DNA from: Octopus vulgaris
Taxonomy: Eukaryota
Direction: 5' to 3'
Assembly (NCBI GenBank): GCA_951406725.2
Contig: OX597823.1
Location: 106,516,001-106,580,000, forward strand
DNA length: 64,000 bases
Under the pieces are notes generated by a model. The model was not told the DNA's origin. It saw only the letters and a program-made list of their open reading frames with translations, and did no database searches. Every line of letters begins with the position of its first letter. Position 1 is the first letter of the stretch. Shown one piece after another: positions 13,330-28,274 of the stretch. The translations under genes and the position numbers were made by a program.

Positions 13330-14740
13330 AACCAATCACCACCACCGCCAACACTAACAACAACAAAAACAACAAGAACAACAACTAATTCAATATCAAC
13401 ATTAACAATAACAACAGTAATAACAACAATAACAACAGGATCAAGAACTACAATACAAACACAAAAACCACCACCACCACCACCACAACCACTATAATCA
13501 TCATTATCATCACAACTCCATTATCACCGATGTCATCATCACCACCTCCTACGTCATCACTGAGATTACTGACGCCTGAATGCCACCACTACGACCACTA
13601 CCAACACCGCCAATGAAGACCGAATGGTCTCCACTACATCACCGTCCCTGTCTCCGCCATCACCATTATTGCCACCATCACATTACCACCACCACCATGA
13701 TCATTGGCATGCGTCTCGCTACCACTGCCATCTCTATAATCATCATCATCGCCACAACTACACACCACCACCACCACCACCACCATCATCATCGTCGTCA
13801 TGTCCAGCAGCACCTTTTTCAGCGCTATACACTTCAACCGTCGCCTTCATCACGGACACCACCAACATATACGTGATCACTGCCATCACCACCACCACCA
13901 CCACCACCACCACCATCACCACCATCATCATCATCGTCGTCGTCATCGCGATCACCACTATCACCAACGGCAACAACGCCGCCTAGTGGTGTAATTGAAG
14001 GCTCTCTGACCGGAAGTCGTTAACATAATTCCCCAGGAACTACAAAGTGTACAGTTTGGAGACAAGAAGCAAACCTTTGATCATTCTGTCACGTTACAGT
14101 TGTGTTGTTGTTGTTGCTGTTGTTGTTGTTGTTGCTGTTATTGATGGTGATGTCGCTGTTGTTGTTATTGAAGTTTTTCACGTTTTCGTTGATGTTGTTA
14201 TTGAAATGTTTTTTTTTTTCGTTGATGTTGTTATTGGTCGATTGTTGTTGTTGTGGTGGTGTTTGTATTGTTGCTATTCTTGAAGCGACTCGCGTCGTCT
14301 TTGGTTGTTGTTGTGGATGAGGATGATGACGATGATGATGATGATGATGACGACGACGACGACGACGATGATGAGGATGATGACGACAACAGTGGTGGTG
14401 GTGGTGGTGGTGGATAATGACGAGAACGACTGTGATGATGATGATGGTTATCATAATGATGTTCCTGTAGCCGCTCCCCGTTCTTTTTGCAGGGTGATGG
14501 TCACGCTGTCATTTTTGTTGTTGTTGTGAGCAATTGTTACTCATGATGATCATGAAGATGATGATGATGATAGTGGTGGTAGTGGTGGTGGTGGTGGTGG
14601 TGGTGGTGGTGGTGGTGGTGGTGGTGAGGACGACCACGACAACGACTACGAGGATGACGAAGATAATGAGATGATGATGATAACAGATAACGGTGATGTT
14701 TAGGTGATAATAATGATGATAGTGATGATATTGATGATGT
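13330..14740. repeat. Degenerate triplet low-complexity region (AAC/ACC/ATC then GTT/GAT/GGT)
   Basis: Seen directly; strand polarity of the triplets flips around 13980-14100. Confidence 0.85.
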
Positions 14741-15193
14741 ATTATATTTATCTCCACCTTTGTATATCTCTTCGTTTCCCTAATCCTCGCCACCTCATCT
14801 ATCATCGATTATCTCCCCTTACTCCCATATTATCTTTATTCTATATATTTTATCCTCTTCAGTTCACATTATCTCTCACCTTCATCTCTCTATGTTCTCC
14901 TCAATTCCTGGACCTATTTTTCTTTCACACTTTATCATCGTAATTCTATCCAACTCTCTATCTTACCGGTTCATTCTCTCTCTCTCTCCCTTCTATTCTC
15001 TCGCTCGCCTTTGCCTTCCTCTCTCCCCCTCTCTCTCTCCGTCTCTCTCTATATGTTTCTTCGTCTATTTAATACAAACACATATATACATATACATGTA
15101 TGTGCTTCTATGCATATATGCGTGTGAGGACATATAAATACATACAAGCATACATATATAATTTTATACATATATACATATACATATATATAT

Positions 15194-15598
15194 AGTGGTT
15201 GTGTGGTAAGTAGCTTGCTAACCAACCACATGGTTCCGGGTTCAGTCCCAAAGCGTGGCACCTTGGGCAAGTGTCTTCTACTATAGCCTCGGGCCGACCA
15301 TTGCCTTGTGAGTGGATTTGGTAGACGGAAGCTGAAAGAAGCCTGTCGTATATATGTATATATATATATATATGTATGTGTGTGTTTGTGTGTCTGCGTT
15401 TCTCTCCCTAGCATTGCTTGACAACCGATGCTGGTGTGTTTACGTTCCCGTCAATTAGCGGTTCAGCAAAAGAGACCGATAGAATAAGTACTGGGCTTAC
15501 AAAGAATAAGTCCCGGGGTCGATTTGCTCGACTAAAGGCGGTGCTCCAGCATGGCCGCAGTCGAATGACTGAAACAAGTAATAGAGTAAAGAGTAAAA
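15194..15598 (+). mobile_element. SINE family A
   Basis: Near full-length match, AGAGTAAA-type tail repeats. Confidence 0.9.
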
Positions 15599-15600
15599 TA

Positions 15601-15635
<35 letters not shown>

Positions 15636-15726
15636 GGAGTAAACACATAAATGTGAAACAAGGTGGAAAAAAGAGTACTCAAATACCAGAGGTAGAGTAA
15701 TATGCTTTATTTAAAAGCAGCAGAAA

Positions 15727-15785
15727 TTTAACAAAAGCTGTTACTCGGAGTTTCACGTTCCCGTTCGTCGGACAGTTTTGTTAAA
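15727..15785 (-). ncRNA. Type I hammerhead ribozyme (U4C variant) within a ~180-bp (TA)n-flanked insert (15634-15811)
   Basis: Reverse complement: tttaacaaaactgt-CCGACGA-acg(ggaa)cgt-GAAAC-tccga-GTA-acag-c-ttttgttaaa; 14-bp stem I with one bulge. Confidence 0.75.
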
Positions 15786-15810
15786 ATAGAAGCAAGAATT
15801 GTCATCTCGG

Positions 15811-15850
<40 letters not shown>

Positions 15851-15851
<1 letters not shown>

Positions 15852-16032
15852 TCTCTTTACTCTTTTACTTGTTCCAGTCATTTGACTGTGGCCAAGCTGG
15901 AGCACGGCCTTTAGTCGAGCAACTTGACCCCACGATTTATACTTTGTAAGCCTAGTACTTATTCTATCGGTACCTTTTGTCGAACCGCTATTTTAGAGGG
16001 ACGTAGACACACCAGCATCGGTTGTCAAGCGA
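15851..16032 (-). mobile_element. SINE family A, 3' half
   Basis: Reverse-complement match of the tail half, ending at the internal microsatellite. Confidence 0.9.
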
Positions 16033-16100
16033 AATATATATATATATATATGTGTATATATATGTATATATATGTATGTATATATATGTATATATATGTA

Positions 16101-16135
<35 letters not shown>

Positions 16136-16139
<4 letters not shown>

Positions 16140-16695
16140 CCTTAAATCCATGCTGGGGCACCACCGCTGAATGAGCTACACTAATTTGTGAATCCACCTC
16201 TGATACGTGGCACTTGATCAACAAGGGAGTTCGATGCTGCTGCCCGCATCCGCGTCTCCTGTCGTGAGGTAGGTTCATCTGGGACTCCCAACAAGAAGAG
16301 ATCCAGTTTAGTTTTAAAGAAACCCACATCCACACCATGTAAGTCTCTCAGGCATTTAGGGAGGATGTTAAAGAGCTGTGGTCCTCTGAAACCCAAGCTG
16401 TTGCAGTATCTGGACCTGTATTTTGATGGTGATGTTGGAACCCTTGGCACCACGCAGTGGCGCCCCGTTCTGCGGTTGGGGTAACTTTGAATGCCAAAGT
16501 TTGGGACAAGACCCTCCAGGATTTTCCAGATGTATATCACCGCATATCTCTCCCGCCTCCGCTCTAGGGAGAAGAGGTTTAATACCTTCAGTCTTTCCTA
16601 GTAGCTGATATTTTGCATTGAGACCATTTTCTTTGTGTAGCTTCTCTGAATTGCTTCGAGTTCTGCTGTTAGTTTTATATTCTGTGGTGACCACA
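16136..16695 (-). mobile_element. 5'-truncated copy of the CR1-clade LINE at 30431-33903
   Basis: Translation IYIWKILEGLVPNFG...PDEPTSRQE...GGFTN is near-identical to 33317-33830. It carries the 3' UTR GGTGGTGCCCCAGCATGG and a TTTAAGGA tail. Confidence 0.95.
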
Positions 16696-16722
16696 CAATA
16701 TACATATATATACACATACACA

Positions 16723-16853
16723 TACGACTCGCTACTTTCAGTTTCCGTCTACCAAATTTTCTCACAAGTCTTTGGTCGGCCTGAGGCCCAAGGTGCCATC
16801 AAGTGGGACTGAACTCGGAATCATATGGTTGAGAAGCAAGCTTCTTACCACAG
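16723..16853 (-). mobile_element. SINE family A, 5' half
   Basis: TTTCAGTTTCCGTCTACCAAAT...GGGACTGAAC...GCAAGCTTCTTACCAC. Confidence 0.85.
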
Positions 16854-16904
16854 AACTATATATTATTGTGAGTATGTGCGTGCGCGCGCGTGTTTTTGTG
16901 TGTG

Positions 16905-17103
16905 TGTTTTTGTCCCCCACCCCCTCACCAACCGATGTTGGTGTGCTTTCATTCCCGTAACTGAGCGGTTCGGCGAAACAGATAGATAGAATAAGTACCA
17001 GGCTTAAAACATAAGTCCTGGGGTGGATTTATTCGACTAAAAGTTCAAGACGGTACCCCAGCAAGGCAGAGGTCTAATGACTGAAATAGGTAAAATATAA
17101 AAG
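16905..17103 (+). mobile_element. SINE family A, diverged 3' half
   Basis: CCGATGTTGGTGTG..GCGGTTCGGC..GAATAAGTACCAGGCTT..AATGACTGAAA. Confidence 0.8.
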
Positions 17104-17456
17104 GGAGAGAACCGTTATGTAATTTGCCAAACAACAAGTATTTGCTTCTAAAATGCATTCACAAAAACAATGCATGCGATAGGTTTATCTGTACATATAC
17201 CTTACAAAGGTACATGGGACTTATGGAGTATCCTTCAAAATACGTTTCTACCAAAAGATTTCATTTTGAAATCGCCACACAGAAAATTTGCTCAGATATG
17301 TATATACATACAGACATACCTACCTACATACATACATGCATAGATACATACATACATACATACATACATACATACATACATACATACAGACAGACATACA
17401 GACAGACATACAGACAGACATACTTGCATACATATATACAGCCATACATACATACA

Positions 17457-17514
<58 letters not shown>

Positions 17515-17552
17515 CATCCATACATAGATACATACATGCTTACATACATACA

Positions 17553-17789
17553 TTATTATGGCTGCCCCCTCGTTATCGAGTATGGCCATTGCACGAGGCT
17601 TAACTGTTAATGGTGCTGTGATTGAATGTGACTTTTTAGCCCAGCTAAAGATCTACAATGTCTTGCACAAAATTGGCAACCAAAGCCTTTACTGGTAATA
17701 GCCGGCTGTAGTTGTAACTAGGTTTCATGTACCTTTGCATGTCGTTCAAGTCCTCCTGCCGAATTACACTCTCTTCCACATGCCCGACA
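17553..17789 (-). mobile_element. RTE-like LINE extreme 3' end (two C2H2-like fingers + 3' UTR) in a (TACA)n tract
   Basis: Translation CRACGRECNSAGGLERHAKVH ... CQFCARHCRSLAGLKSHIQSQH*; UTR hairpin CTCG(ataa)CGAG followed by an (ATGT)n tail. Confidence 0.7.
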
Positions 17790-17964
17790 GATATACATAC
17801 ATACATACATACATACATACATACATACATACATACATGATACATACATACATATATACATACATCCATACATAGATACATACATGCTTACATATATACA
17901 TACATACATACATGCATACATACATATATACATACATACATACATACATACATACATACATACA

Positions 17965-17998
<34 letters not shown>

Positions 17999-18468
17999 CG
18001 TACGTACACAAACACACTTAAACATATATATTCATATTTGGAGAGATTTATGTATCTAAGAAAATGTATGCTTATAAAAATATGTGTGTGTGGATGTGCA
18101 TGTGTGGGGGGTTGGGGTGTGTGTTTGTGTGTGTTTATGTATGTTTGTCTGTATGTATATATACCGGCAAATACACGTGGCTTTTATGCTAAGTATATGT
18201 GGTAAAAACAAAATATATTTATAATTAACCTCATATACTTAACACAACAGCCATGTGTATTGGCCGGTAGGCTGCCAAACGGCACGATTCACATGTGGTA
18301 ACATTTTCAAATAACCGAAAGGGAATGGGTGAAGAAAAAGTCCTTTCTAAGACGGGAGAGTGTAAGTGAAGGATGTATGTGTGTGTATGTGTGGGAATGC
18401 GCGTGCGCCGCGCAGGTCTTTGTGTCTGTGTGTAATAGCACGTGTGTGTGTGTGTGTGGTTATGTATG

Positions 18469-18538
<70 letters not shown>

Positions 18539-18561
18539 TATATATTCACATACACACACAC

Positions 18562-18601
<40 letters not shown>

Positions 18602-18652
18602 ATATGTATATGTATATATTTATATGTATATGTATATTTATATACATATACA

Positions 18653-19034
18653 CTCTTTACTCTTTTACTTGTTCCAGTCATTTTACTGCGGCCATGCTAG
18701 AGCGCCGCCTTTAGTCGAGTAAATCGATCCCAGGACTTATTCTTTGTAAGCCTAGTACTTATTCTATCGGTCTCTTTTACCGAACCTCTAAGTTACGGGG
18801 ACGCAAACACACCACCATCGGTTGTCAAACGATGTTGGAGGGACAAACACACACACACACACATATATATATATACGACGGGTTTCTTTCAGTTACCGTC
18901 TTCCAAATCCACTCACAAGGCTTTTGTCGGCCCGAGGCTACAGTAGAAGACACTTGCCCAAGGTACCATGCAGTGGGACTGAACCCGGAACCATATGGTT
19001 GGTAAGCAAGCTGCTTACCACACAGACACTCCTG
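18653..19034 (-). mobile_element. SINE family A
   Basis: Full-length reverse-complement match. Confidence 0.9.
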
Positions 19035-19046
19035 TATATACTATGG

Positions 19047-19408
19047 TGGAGGCGTGATGGCCCAGTGATTAGGGCAGTGGACTCGCGGTTGTGGGATCGC
19101 AGTTTCGATTCCCAGACCGGGCTTTGTGAATGTTTATTGAGCGAAAACACCTAAAGCTCCACGAGGCTCCGGCATGGGGTGGTAGCGAACCCTTTTCTTT
19201 CAGCACAACTTTCACACTTTCTTCCTGTTTCTGTTGTACCTGTATATCAAAAGGCCACACACTCTGTCACGCTGAATCTCACCGAGAACTGCGTTAAGGG
19301 TACACGTGTCTGTGGAGTGCTCAGCCACTTGCACGTTAATTTCACGAGGAGGCTGTTCCGTTCATCGGATCAACTGGAATACTCGCAGTCGTAACATACG
19401 GAGTGCTA
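19047..19408 (+). mobile_element. tRNA-derived SINE family B
   Basis: A-box TGGCCCAGTG, B-box GTTTCGATTCC; matches the reverse complement of 26422-26801 over its whole length. Confidence 0.9.
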
Positions 19409-19429
19409 TGATATATATATATATATATA

Positions 19430-20855
<1,426 letters not shown>

Positions 20856-20892
20856 TATATGCATGTATTATCATTATCATTATTGTTGTGTG

Positions 20893-21105
20893 AAGGCAGC
20901 GAGCTGGCAGAATCGTTAGCATCCCGGGCAAAATGCTTAGCGGCATTCGTCCGTCCTTACGTTCTGAGTTCAAATGCCGCCGAGGTCGACTTTGCCTTTC
21001 ATCCTTTCGGGGTCGATAAATTAAGTACCAACGAAACACTGGGAACGATGTAATCGACTAGTCCCCTCCGCCGAAATTTCAGACATTGTGCCTATAGTAG
21101 AAAAT
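20893..21105 (+). mobile_element. SINE family C, alternative tail (TTGTGCCTATAGTAGAAAA + (TAT)n)
   Basis: Head and centre match family C; the tail differs from the GTAAAGAAATA type. Confidence 0.9.
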
Positions 21106-21411
21106 ATTATTATTGTTGTTGTTTTTGTTATTATTTAAAACATTTTGATTTGGCAATATGCAGGCTTCTTACAGAGTTTTCAGTTGCATGAAACCGAATC
21201 AAACTCTTTTAAATAATAATATACGAAATTCTTACAAAATGTGTTGAGAACCTTTCTTTCCTCTAGTCAATCACCCGCATATATAGGTGGTATGCACGCG
21301 CGCGTGTGTGTGTGCATGTGTGTACATACGTATATATGCATGCATATATATATTTTTATATATGTATATATATATACACACACAAATATATCTGTGTGTT
21401 AGTGTATGCAC

Positions 21412-21450
<39 letters not shown>

Positions 21451-21699
21451 CACACACACACAAACACGCAGGCATACCTCGGCTTAAGGCGTTTCGATTT
21501 AAGTCGTTCTCGACTATGCGTTGGTTTTCAAAAATAATATATGGAAAAATATAAATTAAGTTAAGTCATTTTACTCGACTTTACTACATCTGTCCACCAT
21601 AATCATTGGAATCGTAAAATCATTAGAAAACTGTTAAAAGCACCGAAAATCAATGTACTGTTCAATAAATAACAATGATAGCATATAAAATCCACCGAT

Positions 21700-22700
21700 T
21701 TTGTAGAAGTCGACGTAGGCTGCAATAGCCCCCTGCCGAAAGTTCTGCTTGTATTCAATGAGTACATAAAGAGCCAGGATCCTGTCAATAGATGTCCTCT
21801 TTGGCGTGGACCCTGACCACTCCGACCGCTGAAAAGCGATCAGATGATTTCGCACCCAGTTCAGGACGACTCGGGTAAAGACCTTATCGGATACTGAGAG
21901 GTGCGCAACACACTATGATTGTTACAATCGTGGCGATCGCCTTTACCTTTCCTGAGTGGGATATTCATACCCCTCTTCTACTCTTGTATGGTGCCGCTGC
22001 TTCGGATTGAGTAAATGAACTGTTGCAAGAACAATACAGTGGCAGGCCTATATTTCTTGATCACCTCCTCATGGATGCCACAAAACACTGGCTGCCTTCC
22101 TATCCTTCAACCGATTTACCGCCGTACGAACCTCCTCTTCAGACAGCAAATCACACCTGACTCTTCGAAGGCATCGTAGTATTCAGATTAGTAACAGGTA
22201 AGTCCACCTTATACAACATCTCAAAGTACGATGTCCAGTGAGTCATCACCTTCGGCTCCTCTATCAGAAGCGCGCCATCGGAGTTTAAGACTCCAGATTA
22301 TCAAGAAAGAGGTTTCGCCCATCTGAGCATAGCGATTTCTCTGCATACAAGGCGTGAGTCTGACGTGTGAAGCTGACTAGACCTCTTCACAAATATCTCT
22401 AACTTACTTTTCCTTGTCGGACCTCAGAGGTTTGACTGTCCCCTAAACAAACCCCCGGGGATCCACTCAGGCTACATTTGGCCACTGTGGGAGTCTCCCT
22501 GGAAAGGAAGCGTTTCCTGGCCCGATTTTGAAAACCAATACATTCCCTAGCTGTCAACAGTAGGGTGTCCCACATTCCCACCAGATCAGACAAGGAGTCA
22601 GCCCCAGGTGACCCAGATCCAATTTGCTGGAAATAAGTCTTGCTTACACTGTTGACTTTGAGTCTGTCAGCATTTAGTCTAGAACTGACTGCCTAATGCC
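21700..22700 (-). pseudogene. Degenerate RTE-clade reverse transcriptase fragment
   Basis: IPLRKGKGDRHDCNNH and QRSEWSGSTPKRTSIDRILAL...RQGAIAAYVDF correspond to the RT N-terminal motifs; multiple frameshifts; upstream boundary approximate. Confidence 0.75.
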
Positions 22701-23365
22701 GGCTACACACAGGGAATCACTTCACATATTAACACACATCTCTATTTCGTCACAAAAGTTCTTACACATTCTGTAGACATGCAGAAGAGCAAACGAGGAG
22801 GTTCTTTACGTGGTCACTTGACTAGCCAGATGGAGGGGCCAGGTACAAATAAACAATGTACGCCTTGATTAGAAAGAAGAAAAGGGTGATTTAGACTACT
22901 GCAATGTGTTTGCTCTCAACGGCTTAGATTACGAAACGAACACGTAGACACCCATAAACGAGTAGCGAGTTAGACATTTCTGAATTGAATAATAGATTGA
23001 TATATACATTTAAAATACTACTCTTTTCCAAGTTTTACGTCATCATTTTACACACAGGAGTATACCCACATGCAATGATATAGTCTTACATGCATACACT
23101 CAGATGCATATACATCCACTTATGCATAGACTTAAATGCTTATATACAAATCTTCTTCGCTAACAAAGACATAACTACATGCAATAATATACACAAACAT
23201 CTACTAATTCATATATATATATACATGGATCCACATAAACACATTTACAACACATTTATATGCGATAATACTGACATATATTTACACGTACCGACATGCA
23301 TAGAGGCTTCCCATTAATATACATACATATGCAACCAATTATTCAGATGCATACACAATGTATAC

Positions 23366-23424
<59 letters not shown>

Positions 23425-23575
23425 CATACATAGTAATAGCAACGTAATCCCACGTGTATATGTATGTGTGCGTACAGATGCGAGTGCGTGCGTGCGCGCG
23501 CGATTATCTATGTGTATATAAGTATATATGCTTATCTGTATTTATGTATGTGTGTCTGTATCTCTCTCTCTCACT

Positions 23576-23720
<145 letters not shown>

Positions 23721-24170
23721 TAGATATCTATATACTTACACGCATACATATATGCATCTATACACATATATACATTAGTTCATACTTGCGTTTATGAAGA
23801 ATACATACAGATATAAAGATTTATGCACACTACTACGCTCTCAGCTTCAAAGCGTTACTCGATCATACAATCTTCGCATGCAAATTGCCTGTTTATGAAG
23901 CTTAAAATGCCGATTTTCTCCTATACCATTTCTGTTGTTTATGCTTCGCTATTGTGAAATTCTTCTAAATAACTACAGTTTATAAGGAACTCCGATTCGA
24001 AAAGTATACCTATGCAAATACTTATATAGACACACGCACACGCACGTACACACACGTGCACACACATACACGACACTCGCGCGTGCACAGTCACACAGAC
24101 ACGCATACAATCACACACGCACAGACACGGACATATGTCTGTGCATGCATTTATGCGTATGCACATGGTA

Positions 24171-24251
<81 letters not shown>

Positions 24252-24308
24252 GTCTGTCTATCTGTCTGTCTATCTATCTATCTATCTATCTGTCTGTCTA
24301 TCTGTCTG

Positions 24309-24379
<71 letters not shown>

Positions 24380-24437
24380 ATATATATATATATATATCTG
24401 TCTGTATGTCTGTCTGTCTGTCTGTCTATCTGTCTGT

Positions 24438-24481
<44 letters not shown>

Positions 24482-24934
24482 AGCACACATACACACATAC
24501 ATATATACATATATGTATATATGTATGTGTGTATGTGTGCTTGTATATATATATATATATATAAAGAAAGAGAGAGAAAGGCAGAGAGAGACAGAGACAT
24601 ACATACACTAACTCATGAACATGCAAAAAATGTGTGTGCATGTATATACATATGGGTTTGTGTGTAAGCTTAGCCATACGTGCAATCAAAATTAGTTATA
24701 AAGGTAGCTATACAATATACACGCATTCCCATATTCTCCTCAGCGTAAATGCTAAGAAAATACTTATATACATATTTGTACCGATACATACTTACCCATA
24801 AATGTGCACTCAGCTACATTCAGACATTAATGCATATATATATATTTACATATACATAAACTACAAACATATACGCACACATGCTTACATGCCATGATCG
24901 AGAATACGTACATCCATCCATCTAGATAGAATTT

Positions 24935-24965
<31 letters not shown>

Positions 24966-25032
24966 TTTCCTCTGTCTGTCTAATCCTTTCCGTTTTTCTC
25001 TGTGTGTGCGTGTATGTGTGTGTGCGTGAGTA

Positions 25033-25103
<71 letters not shown>

Positions 25104-25161
25104 TTGGTGGTGGTGGTGGTAGTAGTAATAGTAGCCGCTGCAGCAGTAGTGGTAGTAGTGG

Positions 25162-25213
<52 letters not shown>
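25033..25213. repeat. (TAG)n triplet tract
   Basis: Seen directly. Confidence 0.95.
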
Positions 25214-25215
<2 letters not shown>

Positions 25216-25464
25216 CAACTGCTGCTGCTTTCTAGTATACTAGCAAAGCCATTGCTGGGTTGAATCATTCAAATGAGGCAATGATAAAGCAATGTTAGGC
25301 CCTGATACGACTCTTGAGCTCGATTCAAAGATTTGCGCATTTCATTGCATAAGGCGCAGTTGTTGTGGCTGGCAGAAGACACCGGTGCCACAATAGGAAG
25401 TCTTTTTGGCAAGTCACTTCAATCCTCCAACCGAACGGCATGCATTCCCGCTGGTTGCATATAC

Positions 25465-25677
25465 TCCCTTTTACTCCTTTTACTTGTTTCAGTCATTTGA
25501 CTGGGGCCATGCTGGAGCACCGCCTTTAGTCGAGCAAATCGACCCCAGAACGTATTCTTTGTAAGCTTAGCACTTATTCTATCGGTCTCTTTTGCTAAAC
25601 CACTATGTTACGAGGAGGTAAACATACCAATATCGGTTGACAAGTGATGTTGGGGACAAACATAGACACACAAACAT
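25465..25677 (-). mobile_element. SINE family A, 3' half
   Basis: Reverse-complement match of the tail half, ending at the internal (TG)n. Confidence 0.9.
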
Positions 25678-25984
25678 ATATACACACACACACACACAAA
25701 CACACACATGCTCACACACACACACACACACACGCATAACTGAAATTGTTACATAACTGAAATGACCGGAGGACATATAAATGTGTGTGTGTGTGTCTGT
25801 TTGTGTGTGTGTATGTGTGTGTGCGCGCGTGCGTACGCGTGTGTAGATAGATAGACAGACAGATATACAGATACATAGATAGATAGACAGATAGATAGAC
25901 GGATAGATAGATAGATAGATAAATAGGCAGGCTGATAGACAGTCAGACAAACAGACAAATAGACAGACAGACAGACAGACAGAC

Positions 25985-26046
<62 letters not shown>

Positions 26047-26421
26047 GTGTATTTACATATTTGGGCACAGCTCTCCCTCCAAATCAAACTATTTAAAAAT
26101 GATATACAAAAGAAAATACAAAGTCTGATAATAAAACGGTAACAAGTCCTTTCCCAGGATTTGCATCACTCATATCACGTAAGCTGGACCATTGCTCTCC
26201 CAATAACAATTAGGGTACACTTCTTTTACTCTCTCAAATTATCGCAATTGTATTTTAAACATGGCGCCAACTCGCATCATTGCACTACGAGATTTTATAA
26301 TATGTCGTTATTTTGTGTTACAATGCGAATAGCTTTTATAGCGAATATATGCGAATACAGCTTTTATAGCTCAACTGCACAGAATAATGGAATATTCGTT
26401 GATAACATATGCATACATGGA

Positions 26422-26801
26422 AGCACTCCGTCGGTTACGACGATGAGGGTTCCGGTTGATCCGAATCAACGGAACAGCCTGCTCGTGAAATTAACGTGTA
26501 AGTGGCTGAGCACTCCACAGACACGTGTACCCTTAACGTAGTTCTCGGGGATATTCAGCGTGACACAGAGAGTGACAAGGCCGGCCCCTTGAAATACAGG
26601 TACAACAGAAACAGGAAGTAAGAGTGAGAGGAAGTTGTGGTGAAAGAGTACAGCAGGGATCACCACCATCCCCTGCCGCAGCCTCGTGGAGCTTTTAGGT
26701 GTTTTCGCTCAATACACTCACAACGCCCGGTCTGGGAATCGAAACCGCGATCCTATGACCGCGAGTCCGCTGCCCTAACCACTGGGCCATTGCGCCTCCA
26801 C
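26422..26801 (-). mobile_element. SINE family B
   Basis: Reverse-complement match to 19047-19408. Confidence 0.9.
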
Positions 26802-27118
26802 ATATGTATACATATATACACAGACGCACATAAACACGTAAAAAACATGTACAAATACACAAACATACACACATATACGGATATAAGCAGAGCAGGGATC
26901 ACCGCGATTGTGGTCATTAGTAGCATATGATTGGCTGATGAGGGAACAATGATATGAATATACCAAGCTTCAGTTATACAACAGTAACAAACTGAAAGAG
27001 AATGTAGGAACTTTACGTCTCCAGTCACAGAAATAACATATGTCACTTGCAGTATACAATAAACACACACACACGTACACACGTACACACGCACGTATGC
27101 ACAGTAACAATCACAATC

Positions 27119-27229
<111 letters not shown>

Positions 27230-27295
27230 CAGTGTAAATGTGAGCGTGTGTGACTATATGAGTTTGTGTGCGTATTTGTCCGTGTAACTTTTTAT

Positions 27296-27523
27296 GTCTT
27301 TATTACCCACAGAGGGCTAAACACAGAGAGGACAAACAAGGACAGACAAACGGATTAAGTCGATTATAAGTACCAGTGCGTAACTGGTACTTATTTAATT
27401 GACCCCGAAAGGATGAAAGGCAAAGTCAACCTCGGCGGAATTTGAACTGAGAACGTAGCGGCAGACGAAATACCGCGAAGCATTTTGCCCGGCGTGCTAA
27501 CGATTCTGCCAGCTCGCCGCCTT
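27296..27523 (-). mobile_element. SINE family C
   Basis: Full-length match. Confidence 0.9.
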
Positions 27524-28220
27524 ATGTCCGTGTAACTCTTTAGCCAGCGTCTGATGATACTTGTGAATTTCAAACAGTAAACTACAAATGCCTTACTAAC
27601 ACAGGAACAGATATCGGCAAAGCCGAAGCCGGGTTAACCGAAGACCGGACTTTCACGTTTGTAATCGGAAAAGTAGAGGAGTTTGTAGTCAGTAAAAGAT
27701 TTTACAGAAGATGCAAGACAATTACTGATGGTAGAGAGAAACTGATGTGACTTCATTTAATCAATTATGAACACTTTTGTGTCATTATTAGGTTCGATTC
27801 TTAAGTATTTATAAGGATTTAATCCTTATTTCATCCCACTTAAAGATTCTCAAATGGTCAGTCATTGAATCATCACCGGTTAAGTGGGTGTTATTGCACG
27901 TTTGTATGTATGCATGCGCGTTTCTGCATGAGTGGTGTGGTAGGGAGTGTGAGATAGAGCACGGGAGAGTGTATATTTGTATATGTATGTGTGTATATAT
28001 ATATATATATGTATATGCAAACGTGTGAATGGGTAAATAAATATATATATATGTATATATATATATATGTATGTATATAGTCACACATACATACATAAAT
28101 ACATACATACATAAATACGTATAGTAAAATAATGCCATATAACGATACATACGTCGATAGATTCCCTTATAAGTATTAATCTCTCTTTCTCTCACTCTCT
28201 GTGTGTCTGTCTGTTCTCTC

Positions 28221-28274
<54 letters not shown>

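Noticed and set aside
19047-19125. tRNA gene at SINE heads (A and B boxes)
   Set aside because: The heads continue into SINE bodies and lack a complete cloverleaf; they are tRNA-derived, not tRNA genes.
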